Shown here piece after piece: positions 19,038 to 28,244 of a stretch of 41,273 bases of DNA. The stretch is from contig JAFGEJ010000173.1 of assembly GCA_016931655.1 (NCBI GenBank), forward strand, positions 1-41,273, read 5' to 3'. A program made the translations under genes and the position numbers. Numbering within the stretch: the stretch's first letter is position 1; every line of letters starts with the position of its first letter. The notes beneath the pieces are model-generated. The model was not told where the DNA came from. It did not search any database and worked only from the letters and a program-made list of their open reading frames with translations. Origin of the DNA: Phycisphaerae bacterium (lineage in GTDB: Bacteria > Planctomycetota > Phycisphaerae > SM23-33).

Positions 19038-20699
19038 ATGAAAATCGCGTTGGCACAATTCAATCCCGTCGTGGGCGACATCGCGGGTAACGCCCGTCGC
19101 ATGGGCGAGTGGATCAGCCGGGCCGGCGGCGAGGGGGCGGACCTGGTGGTTTTCGGAGAGTTATCCGTCGTGGGCTATCCGCCGCGCGATCTGTTGCGGA
19201 AGGACGGGTTCGTCGCCCAGGCGCAACAGGCGGTGGAGGAACTGGCGAATCGCTGTACGAATATCGCCGCGCTGGTGGGATACGTTCGTCCCACGCCCAG
19301 CCGGGCCGGGCGATCGCTCCAGAACGTCGCGGGTCTGCTGGCCGACGGGAACATTCAGCACGTTCACGTCAAGTCGCTCCTTCCGACGTACGACGTGTTC
19401 GACGAAACGCGTTATTTCGAGCCGGGCGAGGAGCCGGCCTGCATCGAATTCCAGGGCCGGCGGATCGGATTGAGCATCTGCGAGGATCTCTGGGACGCCG
19501 AGGCGCTTCAGCAGGAACTCTATGGCCGCGACCCGGCGGCGGAACTCGCCCACGCGGGAGCGGACATTATCATTAACCTGGCGGCCAGTCCTTACGAACT
19601 CGGCAAGGCCGAGCGGCGCGAGGAACTCTTCCGCCGCCAGGCCGACCGTCACAACCTGCCCATCGTATTCGTCAATCAGGTCGGCGGAAACGACGAATTG
19701 ATCTTCGACGGCCTCAGCGGTGTCGCGGCGCCCGGCGGGCAAATGCTGGGCCGGGCCAAAAGCTTCGAGGAAGACCTGCTCGTGGTGGACCCGGACGCCC
19801 CGCCGGGGCGATGCGAACCCCTGGACGAGCCGATGGCGGGCCTCAGCCGGGCGCTGAAACTGGGCCTGCGGGACTACGTTCGCAAGTGCGGTTTCCAGCG
19901 AGTCGTGCTGGGCCTCAGCGGCGGGATCGACTCGGCTGTGGTCGCCACGCTCGCCGCCGACGCGCTGGGACCGACAAACGTGACCACACTCGCGATGCCC
20001 AGCCGCTACAGCTCCGACCATTCTCTCGCCGATGCTTTGGCCCTGGCCCAGATTCTCTGCGTGGACCATCATGAAATTCCCATCGAAACCGCGCACGCGG
20101 CTTACGAAAACCTGCTGCGGGAAAAATTCTGCTGGAACGGTGAGACGAGCGACGTGACCACCGAAAACATCCAGGCCCGCATTCGCGGCAACCTCGTGAT
20201 GGCCTGGAGCAACGCCTTCGGACACCTGCCGCTGGCCACGGGAAACAAATCCGAACTGTCCGTGGGCTACTGCACGCTCTACGGCGACATGTGCGGCGGG
20301 CTGGCGCCCATCGGCGACGTGCTCAAGACCCAGGTCTACGCCCTGGCGGATCAGTTGAACGCCGAAGGCAACTTCGGCCCGCGCATTCCGCAAAGTACAA
20401 TGCAAAAACCTCCCAGCGCCGAACTGAAGCCCGGCCAGGTAGATCAGGACAAGCTGCCGCCGTATGAGATTCTCGATGACATTGTGCGTCAGTACGTCGA
20501 GCAGGACCGTACCGTCCGCCAGATCACGCGGACCGCCGACGGCAAGGCCCTGAACGCGGACCTGGTCGCCCGCGTGGTGCGCATGGTGGATTTGTCGGAA
20601 TACAAACGGCAGCAGGCGGCGCGGGTGCTAAAGGTCTCTTCGCGGGCGTTCGGCATGGGCCGGCGCGTGCCCATCGCGCAGGGATTCATTCACGCGTGA
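19038..20699 (+). CDS. nadE: glutamine-dependent NAD+ synthetase
   Basis: N-terminal nitrilase domain (ELSVVGYPPRD, K.LLPTYDVFDE.RYF, ICEDLW) and synthetase motifs GLSGGIDS, ENIQARIRG, TGNKSE, LYGD, PSAEL and EYKR. The true start is ATG 19038. Confidence 0.95.
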   Translation: MKIALAQFNPVVGDIAGNARRMGEWISRAGGEGADLVVFGELSVVGYPPRDLLRKDGFVAQAQQAVEELANRCTNIAALVGYVRPTPSRAGRSLQNVAGLLADGNIQHVHVKSLLPTYDVFDETRYFEPGEEPACIEFQGRRIGLSICEDLWDAEALQQELYGRDPAAELAHAGADIIINLAASPYELGKAERREELFRRQADRHNLPIVFVNQVGGNDELIFDGLSGVAAPGGQMLGRAKSFEEDLLVVDPDAPPGRCEPLDEPMAGLSRALKLGLRDYVRKCGFQRVVLGLSGGIDSAVVATLAADALGPTNVTTLAMPSRYSSDHSLADALALAQILCVDHHEIPIETAHAAYENLLREKFCWNGETSDVTTENIQARIRGNLVMAWSNAFGHLPLATGNKSELSVGYCTLYGDMCGGLAPIGDVLKTQVYALADQLNAEGNFGPRIPQSTMQKPPSAELKPGQVDQDKLPPYEILDDIVRQYVEQDRTVRQITRTADGKALNADLVARVVRMVDLSEYKRQQAARVLKVSSRAFGMGRRVPIAQGFIHA

Positions 20700-20717
20700 A
20701 AGTATTTTCAAAAAAAT

Positions 20718-20810
20718 TTGACCACAGAGACACAGAGAGCACAGAGTTTTAGAATCAAGATTTCAAATTTGAGATTCTTCTCTCTGAGTCCTCTGTGTCT
20801 CTGTGGTCAA
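20718..20810. repeat. palindromic element with tandem CACAGAG-type 9-mers (family A)
   Basis: Perfect 20-bp terminal inverted repeat TTGACCACAGAGACACAGAG / CTCTGTGTCTCTGTGGTCAA. Related copies lie at 35251 and 38599. Confidence 0.85.
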
Positions 20811-20819
20811 GAATGATAT

Positions 20820-22277
20820 ATGCAGATCAAATGCGGACAATGCGGCACGTTGCACGATCTGGAGCGGATCGAGGGCATGGAGTCCGTGCGCTGCGCGCAT
20901 TGCGGCCACGCCATCGACTACCTGGACATGGCCGCGGAATCCACCGGCCCGGCCACCGTCTGTGAGGGACGATTCGATAACGACGCCGACGGCTTTGCCC
21001 AGCAGGCCCGCCAGGCGCTGCGGGAGCGAATGCTGGTGGTTTGCACCCATTGCGGCGGCCGAATTCGCGTCGCGAAGCGACTGGCCGGCCAGGTGATCCA
21101 CTGCACCTCCTGCTCGAAGGAACTGCGCGTCCCGGAAGCCGTCGCGGAGGACCAGGTGGATATTTCGTATCTGATTTCCCCCGGTGACGTGGTGATGGGG
21201 CAGGACCCTCACGCGGTCATCGGCTGGCGGGCGCGGGCGGCGAGGCGCCGCCAGTGGGCGTCGAAGCAGCGGATACAACTGGCGATGAAAGTCCTCGCCG
21301 CCGTGGTGCTGGCCGCCCTGATCGGCAGCGTGGTGTGGCACGGCGCTAAATCTTCCTCACCGGAGAAGGACTATCTCAGCCGGGAACCCCTTTCCCCGGA
21401 AACGTATGAATCGCCGTCGGCCCATGTCGCCAACGTAGCGCCGCCGGACGTTCCGAACGCCTCCGCCGCCGTCACGTCCCCGGAAGCGCCCACCGGCCCC
21501 GGCGCGACGCTGGTCGGCGAGCCGGCCTGGTCGGTGTTCGCTTCAGGGAAATACTATCCCGCGCCTCCGGGACGGCGGTATTGCACGATCTCCGTGCGGC
21601 TTCAGTCGCCCGACGAGAAGCCGCTTCGCTTTGCCCCGGCCGAGGCGGCGAAGCTGGTTCTCGGAAATGTCACCCACGCCTGCCTGGGCGAACCCGTCGA
21701 AAACGCCCAACTGCCCGTGCGCTGCCGACAACGAACCATTGAACTTCCTGCCGCACACCACGCGACGGTGCGACTGCTGTTTGACCTGCCCGAAGCGGCG
21801 GGACGCGGAACGCTTCACCTGGACGGGCTGGGCGAACTGGCCGTGGCGCTGGCCGCGCCGGCCGGCGCGAAGGCGTCTCCGGCGGGACGCTTCGTGGAGG
21901 CCCCGCCGCGGAACCTGAAGGTGTTGCTGAGCGATCCGGTGATGGCTGTCATCCAGTCGGCGGCGCAACAGGAGTTGCGAATCCGCAAGAGCGGGAACGT
22001 GTTTGACGTGCGCATTGACGAGGCCGAGGTCATCGGCCAGGCCCGGCCGGCCGGCGGCGACGTCTACACCGTGACCCTCCGTCACGGTCCGCATTCCATC
22101 GAGGGCGCCCTGCGGCTCCTGCCGGACGGCCGGCAGATTGTGCTGTATCTCAGCAACGCCCCGATGCACCAGATTACCTACCAACGGAAACAGGAAAACG
22201 AATCGCCCCCCGCCGACGACGGCGCCAACCCGCCGGCGGAAGAAAACGACAACCAGCCGCAATTCTTCGGAGTGTGA
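20820..22277 (+). CDS. membrane-anchored hypothetical protein with two N-terminal zinc ribbons
   Basis: CGQC...CAHC and CTHC...CTSC pairs, an Arg-rich stretch, one TM helix (VLAAVVLAALIGSVVW), a Pro/Ala linker and extracytoplasmic beta domains. Confidence 0.7.
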   Translation: MQIKCGQCGTLHDLERIEGMESVRCAHCGHAIDYLDMAAESTGPATVCEGRFDNDADGFAQQARQALRERMLVVCTHCGGRIRVAKRLAGQVIHCTSCSKELRVPEAVAEDQVDISYLISPGDVVMGQDPHAVIGWRARAARRRQWASKQRIQLAMKVLAAVVLAALIGSVVWHGAKSSSPEKDYLSREPLSPETYESPSAHVANVAPPDVPNASAAVTSPEAPTGPGATLVGEPAWSVFASGKYYPAPPGRRYCTISVRLQSPDEKPLRFAPAEAAKLVLGNVTHACLGEPVENAQLPVRCRQRTIELPAAHHATVRLLFDLPEAAGRGTLHLDGLGELAVALAAPAGAKASPAGRFVEAPPRNLKVLLSDPVMAVIQSAAQQELRIRKSGNVFDVRIDEAEVIGQARPAGGDVYTVTLRHGPHSIEGALRLLPDGRQIVLYLSNAPMHQITYQRKQENESPPADDGANPPAEENDNQPQFFGV

Positions 22278-22321
22278 ATTTTCCGGGGAGGTAAAATAAC
22301 CGCCGTCTAACAAGGAATTCT

Positions 22322-22408
22322 CCACGGATTACACTGATTTTTAAGAATTACACGGATTTTTCTGTTCAAATAATCCGTGTAATCTATTTTTAATCCGTGA
22401 AATCCGTG
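22322..22408. repeat. palindromic element with tandem CACGGATT-type 9-mers (family B)
   Basis: CCACGGATTACACTGATT...TTACACGGATT on the left; AATCCGTGTAATC...TAATCCGTGAAATCCGTG on the right. Confidence 0.75.
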
Positions 22409-22431
22409 AAGAATTGCCCGGAACAACATTT

Positions 22432-23196
22432 ATGGCTAATACGGTCCGCAAATTTCGCTTTATCGGCTGTGAGGTTCTTTATCGCGAGGCCTGCCACCTG
22501 GCTGCAGCCGGCCCGAACGCGGTGGACGTGGAGTTCCTCGCCAAGGGTCTGCACGACCTGGAGACGGCGGACATGGCTGCCAAAATCCAGGCCGTCGTCG
22601 ATGCGACCGACCCGGCGAAGGGATATGAAGCGATCCTGCTGGGCTACGCCCGTTGCAACGACGGCTTGGTCGGCGTCCGCGCAAGAGACCTTCCACTGGT
22701 GATCCCCAAGGCCCACGACTGCATCACGCTTTTACTCGGTTCACGAACGGCGTTCCGGGCGTACTTCGATAAAAATCCGGGCACGTATTACAAGTCCACC
22801 GGCTGGATCGAACGCGATCCCGAGGAGGGCCTGGATCGCCCCGCCTACGGGATTTCGGGCGTGATGAAAAACCTGGGCCTGACGGAGACGTTCGAAGAAC
22901 TTGTCGCCAAACACGGCCGGGGGAACGCGGAGTATATCATCGAAACCCTCGGCGGATGGGAAAAGGCCTACTCCCGCCTGTGCTACATCGAAATGGGCCT
23001 GTGCGACGAGACGCCGTTTGAAGCCCGCGCCCGCCAAATCGCGAAACAGCATGGCTGGACGTACGAACAAAAAAAAGGCGACCTGGGCCTGCTGCGGAAA
23101 CTGTTCCTGGGCGAGTGGGACGAGGATTTCGTCATCGTTCCGCCCAACCAGTGCATTGTCGCCCGCAACGACGAAGAGATTCTGGATTCACGGTAA
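22432..23196 (+). CDS. DUF1638 domain-containing protein
   Basis: GCEVLYRE, GLHD, ILLGYARCNDGLVG, LVIPKAHDCITLLLGS, PGTYY...GW and GEWDEDFVIVPP match my recollection of the DUF1638 family. Confidence 0.8.
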   Translation: MANTVRKFRFIGCEVLYREACHLAAAGPNAVDVEFLAKGLHDLETADMAAKIQAVVDATDPAKGYEAILLGYARCNDGLVGVRARDLPLVIPKAHDCITLLLGSRTAFRAYFDKNPGTYYKSTGWIERDPEEGLDRPAYGISGVMKNLGLTETFEELVAKHGRGNAEYIIETLGGWEKAYSRLCYIEMGLCDETPFEARARQIAKQHGWTYEQKKGDLGLLRKLFLGEWDEDFVIVPPNQCIVARNDEEILDSR

Positions 23197-23210
23197 GTGG
23201 AAACGGAACT

Positions 23211-23312
23211 TTATTGCACGGCGTCCACCTGAAACGATATGCCTGGCGGAGCACCCGCTCCGCCAGGAAAATGCGCCCGACCGGCAGAACATTATTGCAC
23301 GGCGTCCACCTG
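23211..23312. repeat. 21-bp direct repeat flanking a perfect GC hairpin
   Basis: TTATTGCACGGCGTCCACCTG at 23211-23231 and 23292-23312. The hairpin CCTGGCGGAGC-ACCC-GCTCCGCCAGG lies at 23242-23267. Confidence 0.85.
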
Positions 23313-24407
23313 CATTCGGATAACGTGAAATTCTCGCCGATGCGCCCCGCGGGTGCACAGGATCAACTGGTGTGTGTTATGGACGCACTCCCTCGGCAGC
23401 CAGGCGCCTCGCACCAGAAGGGCCGAATTTTCAGAATCCGCGAACAGGCGGAGTTCCCCGTCGGTGGCGGCGACAAATCGCGTCGCGTCATACCAGCATC
23501 CGGCGCGGGCGCCGGGCTTGAGCTCCACGCGCATCCCGTCGCCTCGCAGGCTCAATAGCACGATGCGATCCTGCAGCACGTCGTAATAGGCGAAGCGTTG
23601 ATCGTCGGGGCTGAGCGCCCGCCCCAGGCCCGCGAAACTCTGAAACCGTCCCATCGGGGTATCCGGTATGGCGGCATCGACGAGGGCTTCGGGAGGAAAG
23701 GCGCCCGGCTTCCAGTGGGCTACCTGGGATTGACTTTCACTCTGGCGGAGAAAAACGATTCGCCCGTCGGCGGTCCACGTCGGCCAGGCGTGCTGCTCGT
23801 TCGGCGAGTTCGTGGGGCAGGGCGTGAGCTTGCGGTCCGCCAGGGAAAGCACGAACAACTGGAAATGGCCGGGCGTTTGCCCCAGGGCCACGAACGCAAT
23901 CGCCTCGCCCGACGGCGAGAAGGCGGGCGTCATGATTCCCCGCAGGGCGACGTTCAGCCGTTCGGTTTTTCCGGAAGCCGTGTCATACAGGCTCAGCGAG
24001 CAGTTTTCCTCGCCTGCGTGGACGACATACGCCAGCCGGGCGCCGTCAGACGACCAGGCCGGCCAAATTGCGCCGGAGGGGCACACTACGCGGGTCTGGC
24101 TGCCTTCGGCCAATTCCCGCAGGTGCAGGCTCATGCCTGAAAGGTTTTCGCCCGTCCAGAGCGACTCCAGCGTCGGCGGCGTCTCGCCGCGATAGTCCAG
24201 GCAGGCGATCCATCGTCCGTCGGGCGAGACGGCCGGTAAGAGCAGGCCGTTGTTGGACGCCTCTCCCAATCCCTGCATCTGCACCCGCACGTGCGTGACG
24301 GCTGCGGGACCCCACGCGCCGTCCACCTTCGAGATTTGTTTCTGTCGCGGTGGAATACACCCCGCCAGGATCACCATCGCCCACGTTACGTAAAAAGTCC
24401 GTTTCAC
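23292..24407 (-). CDS. TolB-like (PD40 repeat) beta-propeller lipoprotein
   Basis: Lipobox ILAG-C. PD40 repeats PAVSPDGRWIA, PAWSSDGARLAY, PAFSPSGEAIAF, PTWTADGRIVF and ALSPDDQRFAY. The GTG start overlaps the gspD stop. Confidence 0.82.
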   Translation of the reverse strand: MKRTFYVTWAMVILAGCIPPRQKQISKVDGAWGPAAVTHVRVQMQGLGEASNNGLLLPAVSPDGRWIACLDYRGETPPTLESLWTGENLSGMSLHLRELAEGSQTRVVCPSGAIWPAWSSDGARLAYVVHAGEENCSLSLYDTASGKTERLNVALRGIMTPAFSPSGEAIAFVALGQTPGHFQLFVLSLADRKLTPCPTNSPNEQHAWPTWTADGRIVFLRQSESQSQVAHWKPGAFPPEALVDAAIPDTPMGRFQSFAGLGRALSPDDQRFAYYDVLQDRIVLLSLRGDGMRVELKPGARAGCWYDATRFVAATDGELRLFADSENSALLVRGAWLPRECVHNTHQLILCTRGAHRREFHVIRMQVDAVQ

Positions 24408-27400
24408 AGGGCGCCTCCCGCGGAGACCTGCACGAACGGTTCAGGCGTCCAGGCGGTCGGTTCGGGCGTTCGTTTCACCGGCGCCGGTGCGGAATCGGAC
24501 GACTCGGAATCCTTCTTCGAAGGGGGCGCGGGCGGACCGACGAATTCATGCTTCCGGGGCTGGGGCGTAGCGGCGTCCTGAACCGGCGCCGCCTCGGGGG
24601 CCTTGCGATCATCCAGTCCGTCCGGCGCGATACTGGACAAGGGCGGTTCGGGCAATTCCGGCAGTGCGGGCGGTTCCTGTACTTCCGGCAAAAACACTTC
24701 TTCAACCCGCTGGAGCACCTCGTTGGGCTGTTTCATCTGCTCCTTCAACTGCTCCGGCGTGTTGACCACCTGCGGCGTGACAAACATGATCATCTCACGG
24801 TTCTGCTTTTGCTTGTCGACGTGGCGGAAGAATTTTCCGATCCCGGGCAAGTCGCCCAGGAGCGGCCACTTGCGAACGTCGTCATAGTCCACCTGCTGAA
24901 TGATGCCGCTGATCATGATCGTCTGGCCGCTTTTGAGCACGACGTGCGTGGTTACCTCGCGGCGGTCGAAGACGGGGTTGTCGAAATACGTCTGGCCGGG
25001 CACGATGCGCGAGACCTCCAGGTTGATCTGAAGATCCACGCTGCCCTCCTTGGTGATGTGCGGGCGAATGCGAAGGCGCGTGCCCACTTCCTCGTAGACG
25101 ATGTTCGTCACGGTGGACGTGCCCTCGGCCGAGGTGCGTCCCTCGGCCAGCACCGGCACGTCCTGCCCGTCGAAGTATTCGGAGGCCTGGTTGTCCGATG
25201 TGGTGAGCGTCGGCGCCAGCAGGACCTTCATGTCGAATTCGCGGATCAGCAGATTCAGCAGGGCGTTGACGCTGGCCTGCGTCTCCAGGGTAAGCACGCC
25301 GCCGAAGACCCTGGCGTAGGTGTCGGAGAAGTCGGACTGGGCGGCGCCTCCGATGGCGGTGTCTCGCTGGGTCAGCAGGGCCGGGTCGGCGGCGATCCGA
25401 AGACCCAGCGTCGTCTGGCCGTCGTGTTGAATCTCGCCGACGCGGGCCTTGATCATGACCTGCCGGCTGAGCTGGTCCAGTTCCTCGATCAGGTTGTGAA
25501 TCGGCTTCTTGTACGCCTCCGGCGAGAGAACCATCAGCGCATTGCGCTGGTAGACCGGAACAATGCGGATTTTACCGATCAGGTTGCTGCTGGGCACAAC
25601 GTCGGCGGGCCGACGATAGTTCTGCCACCAGAAAGGCATCTCTTCGGGAGCGCTCTGCTGGTTGGCCTGGTTGTTGGAATTCTCCGACGATTGGTTTTGA
25701 TTGTTTTCGTTCCGCGGAAGACTGGATCGGCGGTTGCTCGTCAGGCCGCGCTCGGCCCGGCGGATTTTCGCCAGCGTGCCGGGTTCGGAGAGAATCGCGT
25801 TGAGCTGCTCGCACAAGTCTTCCGCGTTGGCGTATTTCAGCTCGATAATCGACGGCAGGCCCGCTTCCGGCGGCCTGTCCAATTCGGCGATCAGTTTGTC
25901 GATGACCTGGTAGTTCCCGGCGCTCTTGGAATTGACAATCAGCCGGCCCGAACTGGGCAACACCTGGAAGGTGAACTGTCCCAACAATCGGCCGACGGGC
26001 TTGATCTCCTTTTCCTGCGACTGAGGCCACCACCACGGAAGGTTGCTTTTACTTTCCCTGGCTGTGAACATGGCGCTCAGAAGATCTCGCATCTCCCCGG
26101 GATCCACGTATTTCAACGTGTATACCTTCGGCTTGACGACGTTGGGATCAATGGGCTTGTCTTCCTTTTTCAGCAGGTCCCGGACTTTCTCCATCGTTTT
26201 GGCGTCGGTAATGACGGTGATGGAGTTACGACGTTTATCCGCCACCACGGAGACTTTTACCGCCGAGGGATCCCGCCGGTAACTGGTGCCCCACGAGGCC
26301 TTGTAGTCAACGTCCATGTTCGAGAAGAGCAATTCGATCCGGTCGGCCATCTCCTCGGCGTCGGCGTGTTGCAGGGAGAAGGTTTCCATAATGCGATGGT
26401 CGGCGCCTTCCACGTCGAGTTTTTCCAGCAGTTCCTTCACGAGCCGTCGGCCTCGCGGCGCGCCGAAAACGATGATCTTGTTCGCCTGGGCGAAAGGCAC
26501 GACGTAGGTCGTCTCGCGGAGTTCAGCACTGGGCATGGACTGGAGCGTGTGCTGGATTCGCTCGGATACCCGATCCACGTCCGCGAATTCCACGTCGAGC
26601 AGTTCGTAGTCCTTTTTCACTTCGCGCGGCTTGTCCAGTTCGCGGACCCACGCCTCGATCTGCGGCATCATTTCCGCCGGCGCGGTGGCGATGATCCAGT
26701 TGCGCGAGATGTGAGGCCAAAGGGTAATGGGCGTTTTGCTGGGCTCAATTTCCGTCACGCCGGCTTCGGCCTGATCGGATTTACCCGCCGGCTGGGGGCC
26801 GCCTGGGGAAGGCATATTCGGCGGCATCATGCCGGGAGGCATCTGCCTCGGACTCGGGCCGGACGGTTTGCCGGCCTGCTCGCCCCGCGCGGTGGTGATG
26901 TCCTTCGCGGGCAGGCCCATTCGTCCGGCGATCAGCCAGCGCAGAATGGCGATAATCTCCGAGGCGTCCTGGTGTTTGACCTCGATGATCTTCGTCGCCG
27001 TCTGATCCGCCATCGGAACATCCATGCTTTGGATGATCTGTTCGAGACGTTCCAGGTTCGCCACGGTGTCGGTGATGGCGATGGTGCGGGTGTCCGGATC
27101 GGCCAGGATGTACCCGTAACTGGCGAGCATGGGCTTGAGGGCGGCGACCATGTTCTTGACGCTGTAGTGCCGGATGCGGAATTCCTTCACGACCACCAGC
27201 AGCTTGTCCTTGACGGTGGAAACCGGCTGATCCGCCGGAATTCGCCGCAGGGGCATGCGCAGAATATCGCTGACGGGGCGAATCCGAATCAGCGTATCGC
27301 CCTCTTCCACCACGGCGTCCTGGGTGAGCATCGCCTGGCGGATCAGAAACAGCGCCTCATTCAGCGGCAGGGGTTTCTTGTTGATGATGGTGATCTTCTT

Positions 27401-27628
27401 TCCCTTGACCTCGTCGGCCACCAGAACGGGCTTGCCGAGTTTTTCGGACAGGAACGAGCCGACCTGCTCCAGGGACATGTCCTTGATCGCCACGGAGATC
27501 GGTTCCGGCGTGGCGGGCTGTGTTTCGCTCGTCGCGGGCGCCTCGGCGGGCGGGGGCGTCTGTCCCCCCGCCGAAACGGCCAGTACCGTCAGCCACAACG
27601 TGCACGTCCATACGGCTTGTGTTTTCAT
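24404..27628 (-). CDS. gspD: type II secretion system secretin GspD
   Basis: Signal peptide, repeated secretin N-domains (DTRTIAITD, RRNSITV, LIAELDRP) and a secretin core (QVMIKARVGE, GTRLRIRPHI, GQTIMISGII, KWPLLGDLPGIGKFF, MFVTPQVV). The tail is Pro-rich. Confidence 0.92.
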   Translation of the reverse strand: MKTQAVWTCTLWLTVLAVSAGGQTPPPAEAPATSETQPATPEPISVAIKDMSLEQVGSFLSEKLGKPVLVADEVKGKKITIINKKPLPLNEALFLIRQAMLTQDAVVEEGDTLIRIRPVSDILRMPLRRIPADQPVSTVKDKLLVVVKEFRIRHYSVKNMVAALKPMLASYGYILADPDTRTIAITDTVANLERLEQIIQSMDVPMADQTATKIIEVKHQDASEIIAILRWLIAGRMGLPAKDITTARGEQAGKPSGPSPRQMPPGMMPPNMPSPGGPQPAGKSDQAEAGVTEIEPSKTPITLWPHISRNWIIATAPAEMMPQIEAWVRELDKPREVKKDYELLDVEFADVDRVSERIQHTLQSMPSAELRETTYVVPFAQANKIIVFGAPRGRRLVKELLEKLDVEGADHRIMETFSLQHADAEEMADRIELLFSNMDVDYKASWGTSYRRDPSAVKVSVVADKRRNSITVITDAKTMEKVRDLLKKEDKPIDPNVVKPKVYTLKYVDPGEMRDLLSAMFTARESKSNLPWWWPQSQEKEIKPVGRLLGQFTFQVLPSSGRLIVNSKSAGNYQVIDKLIAELDRPPEAGLPSIIELKYANAEDLCEQLNAILSEPGTLAKIRRAERGLTSNRRSSLPRNENNQNQSSENSNNQANQQSAPEEMPFWWQNYRRPADVVPSSNLIGKIRIVPVYQRNALMVLSPEAYKKPIHNLIEELDQLSRQVMIKARVGEIQHDGQTTLGLRIAADPALLTQRDTAIGGAAQSDFSDTYARVFGGVLTLETQASVNALLNLLIREFDMKVLLAPTLTTSDNQASEYFDGQDVPVLAEGRTSAEGTSTVTNIVYEEVGTRLRIRPHITKEGSVDLQINLEVSRIVPGQTYFDNPVFDRREVTTHVVLKSGQTIMISGIIQQVDYDDVRKWPLLGDLPGIGKFFRHVDKQKQNREMIMFVTPQVVNTPEQLKEQMKQPNEVLQRVEEVFLPEVQEPPALPELPEPPLSSIAPDGLDDRKAPEAAPVQDAATPQPRKHEFVGPPAPPSKKDSESSDSAPAPVKRTPEPTAWTPEPFVQVSAGGAL

Positions 27629-27638
27629 CGTCGTGTCC

Positions 27639-28244
27639 TCAATTCAGCGCCTTGGTGAGCTGCTCGCGAATGTTCGGCGGCATGTTCTGCATCGCTTTTT
27701 CACGAACCTCAGGCGGTAATGTCTTAAAATGTTCAATCATCTGCGGCGTCAGTGTAAATTCGGGCGGCGGGCCGGAAGGCCTTGCTCCCGGCGGGCCGGC
27801 CATGCCTCTCGGCGACGGGCCGGGCGAGCCCGGACCGCCCGCGAAGACCTGGACTTTTTGTGTTTTCCCCTGAACGTCCAGCTCGACCCAATCCGGGCCG
27901 ATCTTCGTGATCTTCGCGCCGTTGTAGTCGTCCCCGACCTTCAAAGCCGAGCCGTTCTCAAAAAACGCCCACTCGCCCAGCACGCCCACCAGCTTGGCGG
28001 AGAAGGGCTTCTTCGGGCCGGTGAAGAGATTCCTTTCGCTCAGGAATTTCTCCCGCGAATCGCCTTTCTTCGCTGAGTCCGGCGTGGCGGAAGAATTCTG
28101 TTGAAACCGGTCCAACAGCTTCCGGGCCTCGCCTACCGGTTCGTTTCCGCGCAGCAACGACGCGAGGCAGAGGATCGTCATCCATCCCGCCAGGACCAGC
28201 AAGGCTCGCAAGGCCGTTCGAATTGTGCGTTCGTTTCGCGTCAT
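27639..28244 (-). CDS. GspC-like type II secretion protein
   Basis: N-terminal TM helix, RNLF, an HR-like domain (LVGVLG...LKVGD...KITKIGPDWVEL) and a Pro-rich tail. ATG 28244 forms an ATGA overlap with the upstream gene, and the gene sits just before gspD. Confidence 0.65.
   Translation of the reverse strand: MTRNERTIRTALRALLVLAGWMTILCLASLLRGNEPVGEARKLLDRFQQNSSATPDSAKKGDSREKFLSERNLFTGPKKPFSAKLVGVLGEWAFFENGSALKVGDDYNGAKITKIGPDWVELDVQGKTQKVQVFAGGPGSPGPSPRGMAGPPGARPSGPPPEFTLTPQMIEHFKTLPPEVREKAMQNMPPNIREQLTKALN

Noticed and set aside
23211-23312. Direct repeats as a mini-CRISPR
   Set aside because: There are only two 21-bp copies, one is the coding end of a gene, the spacer is 60 bp, and there are no cas genes.
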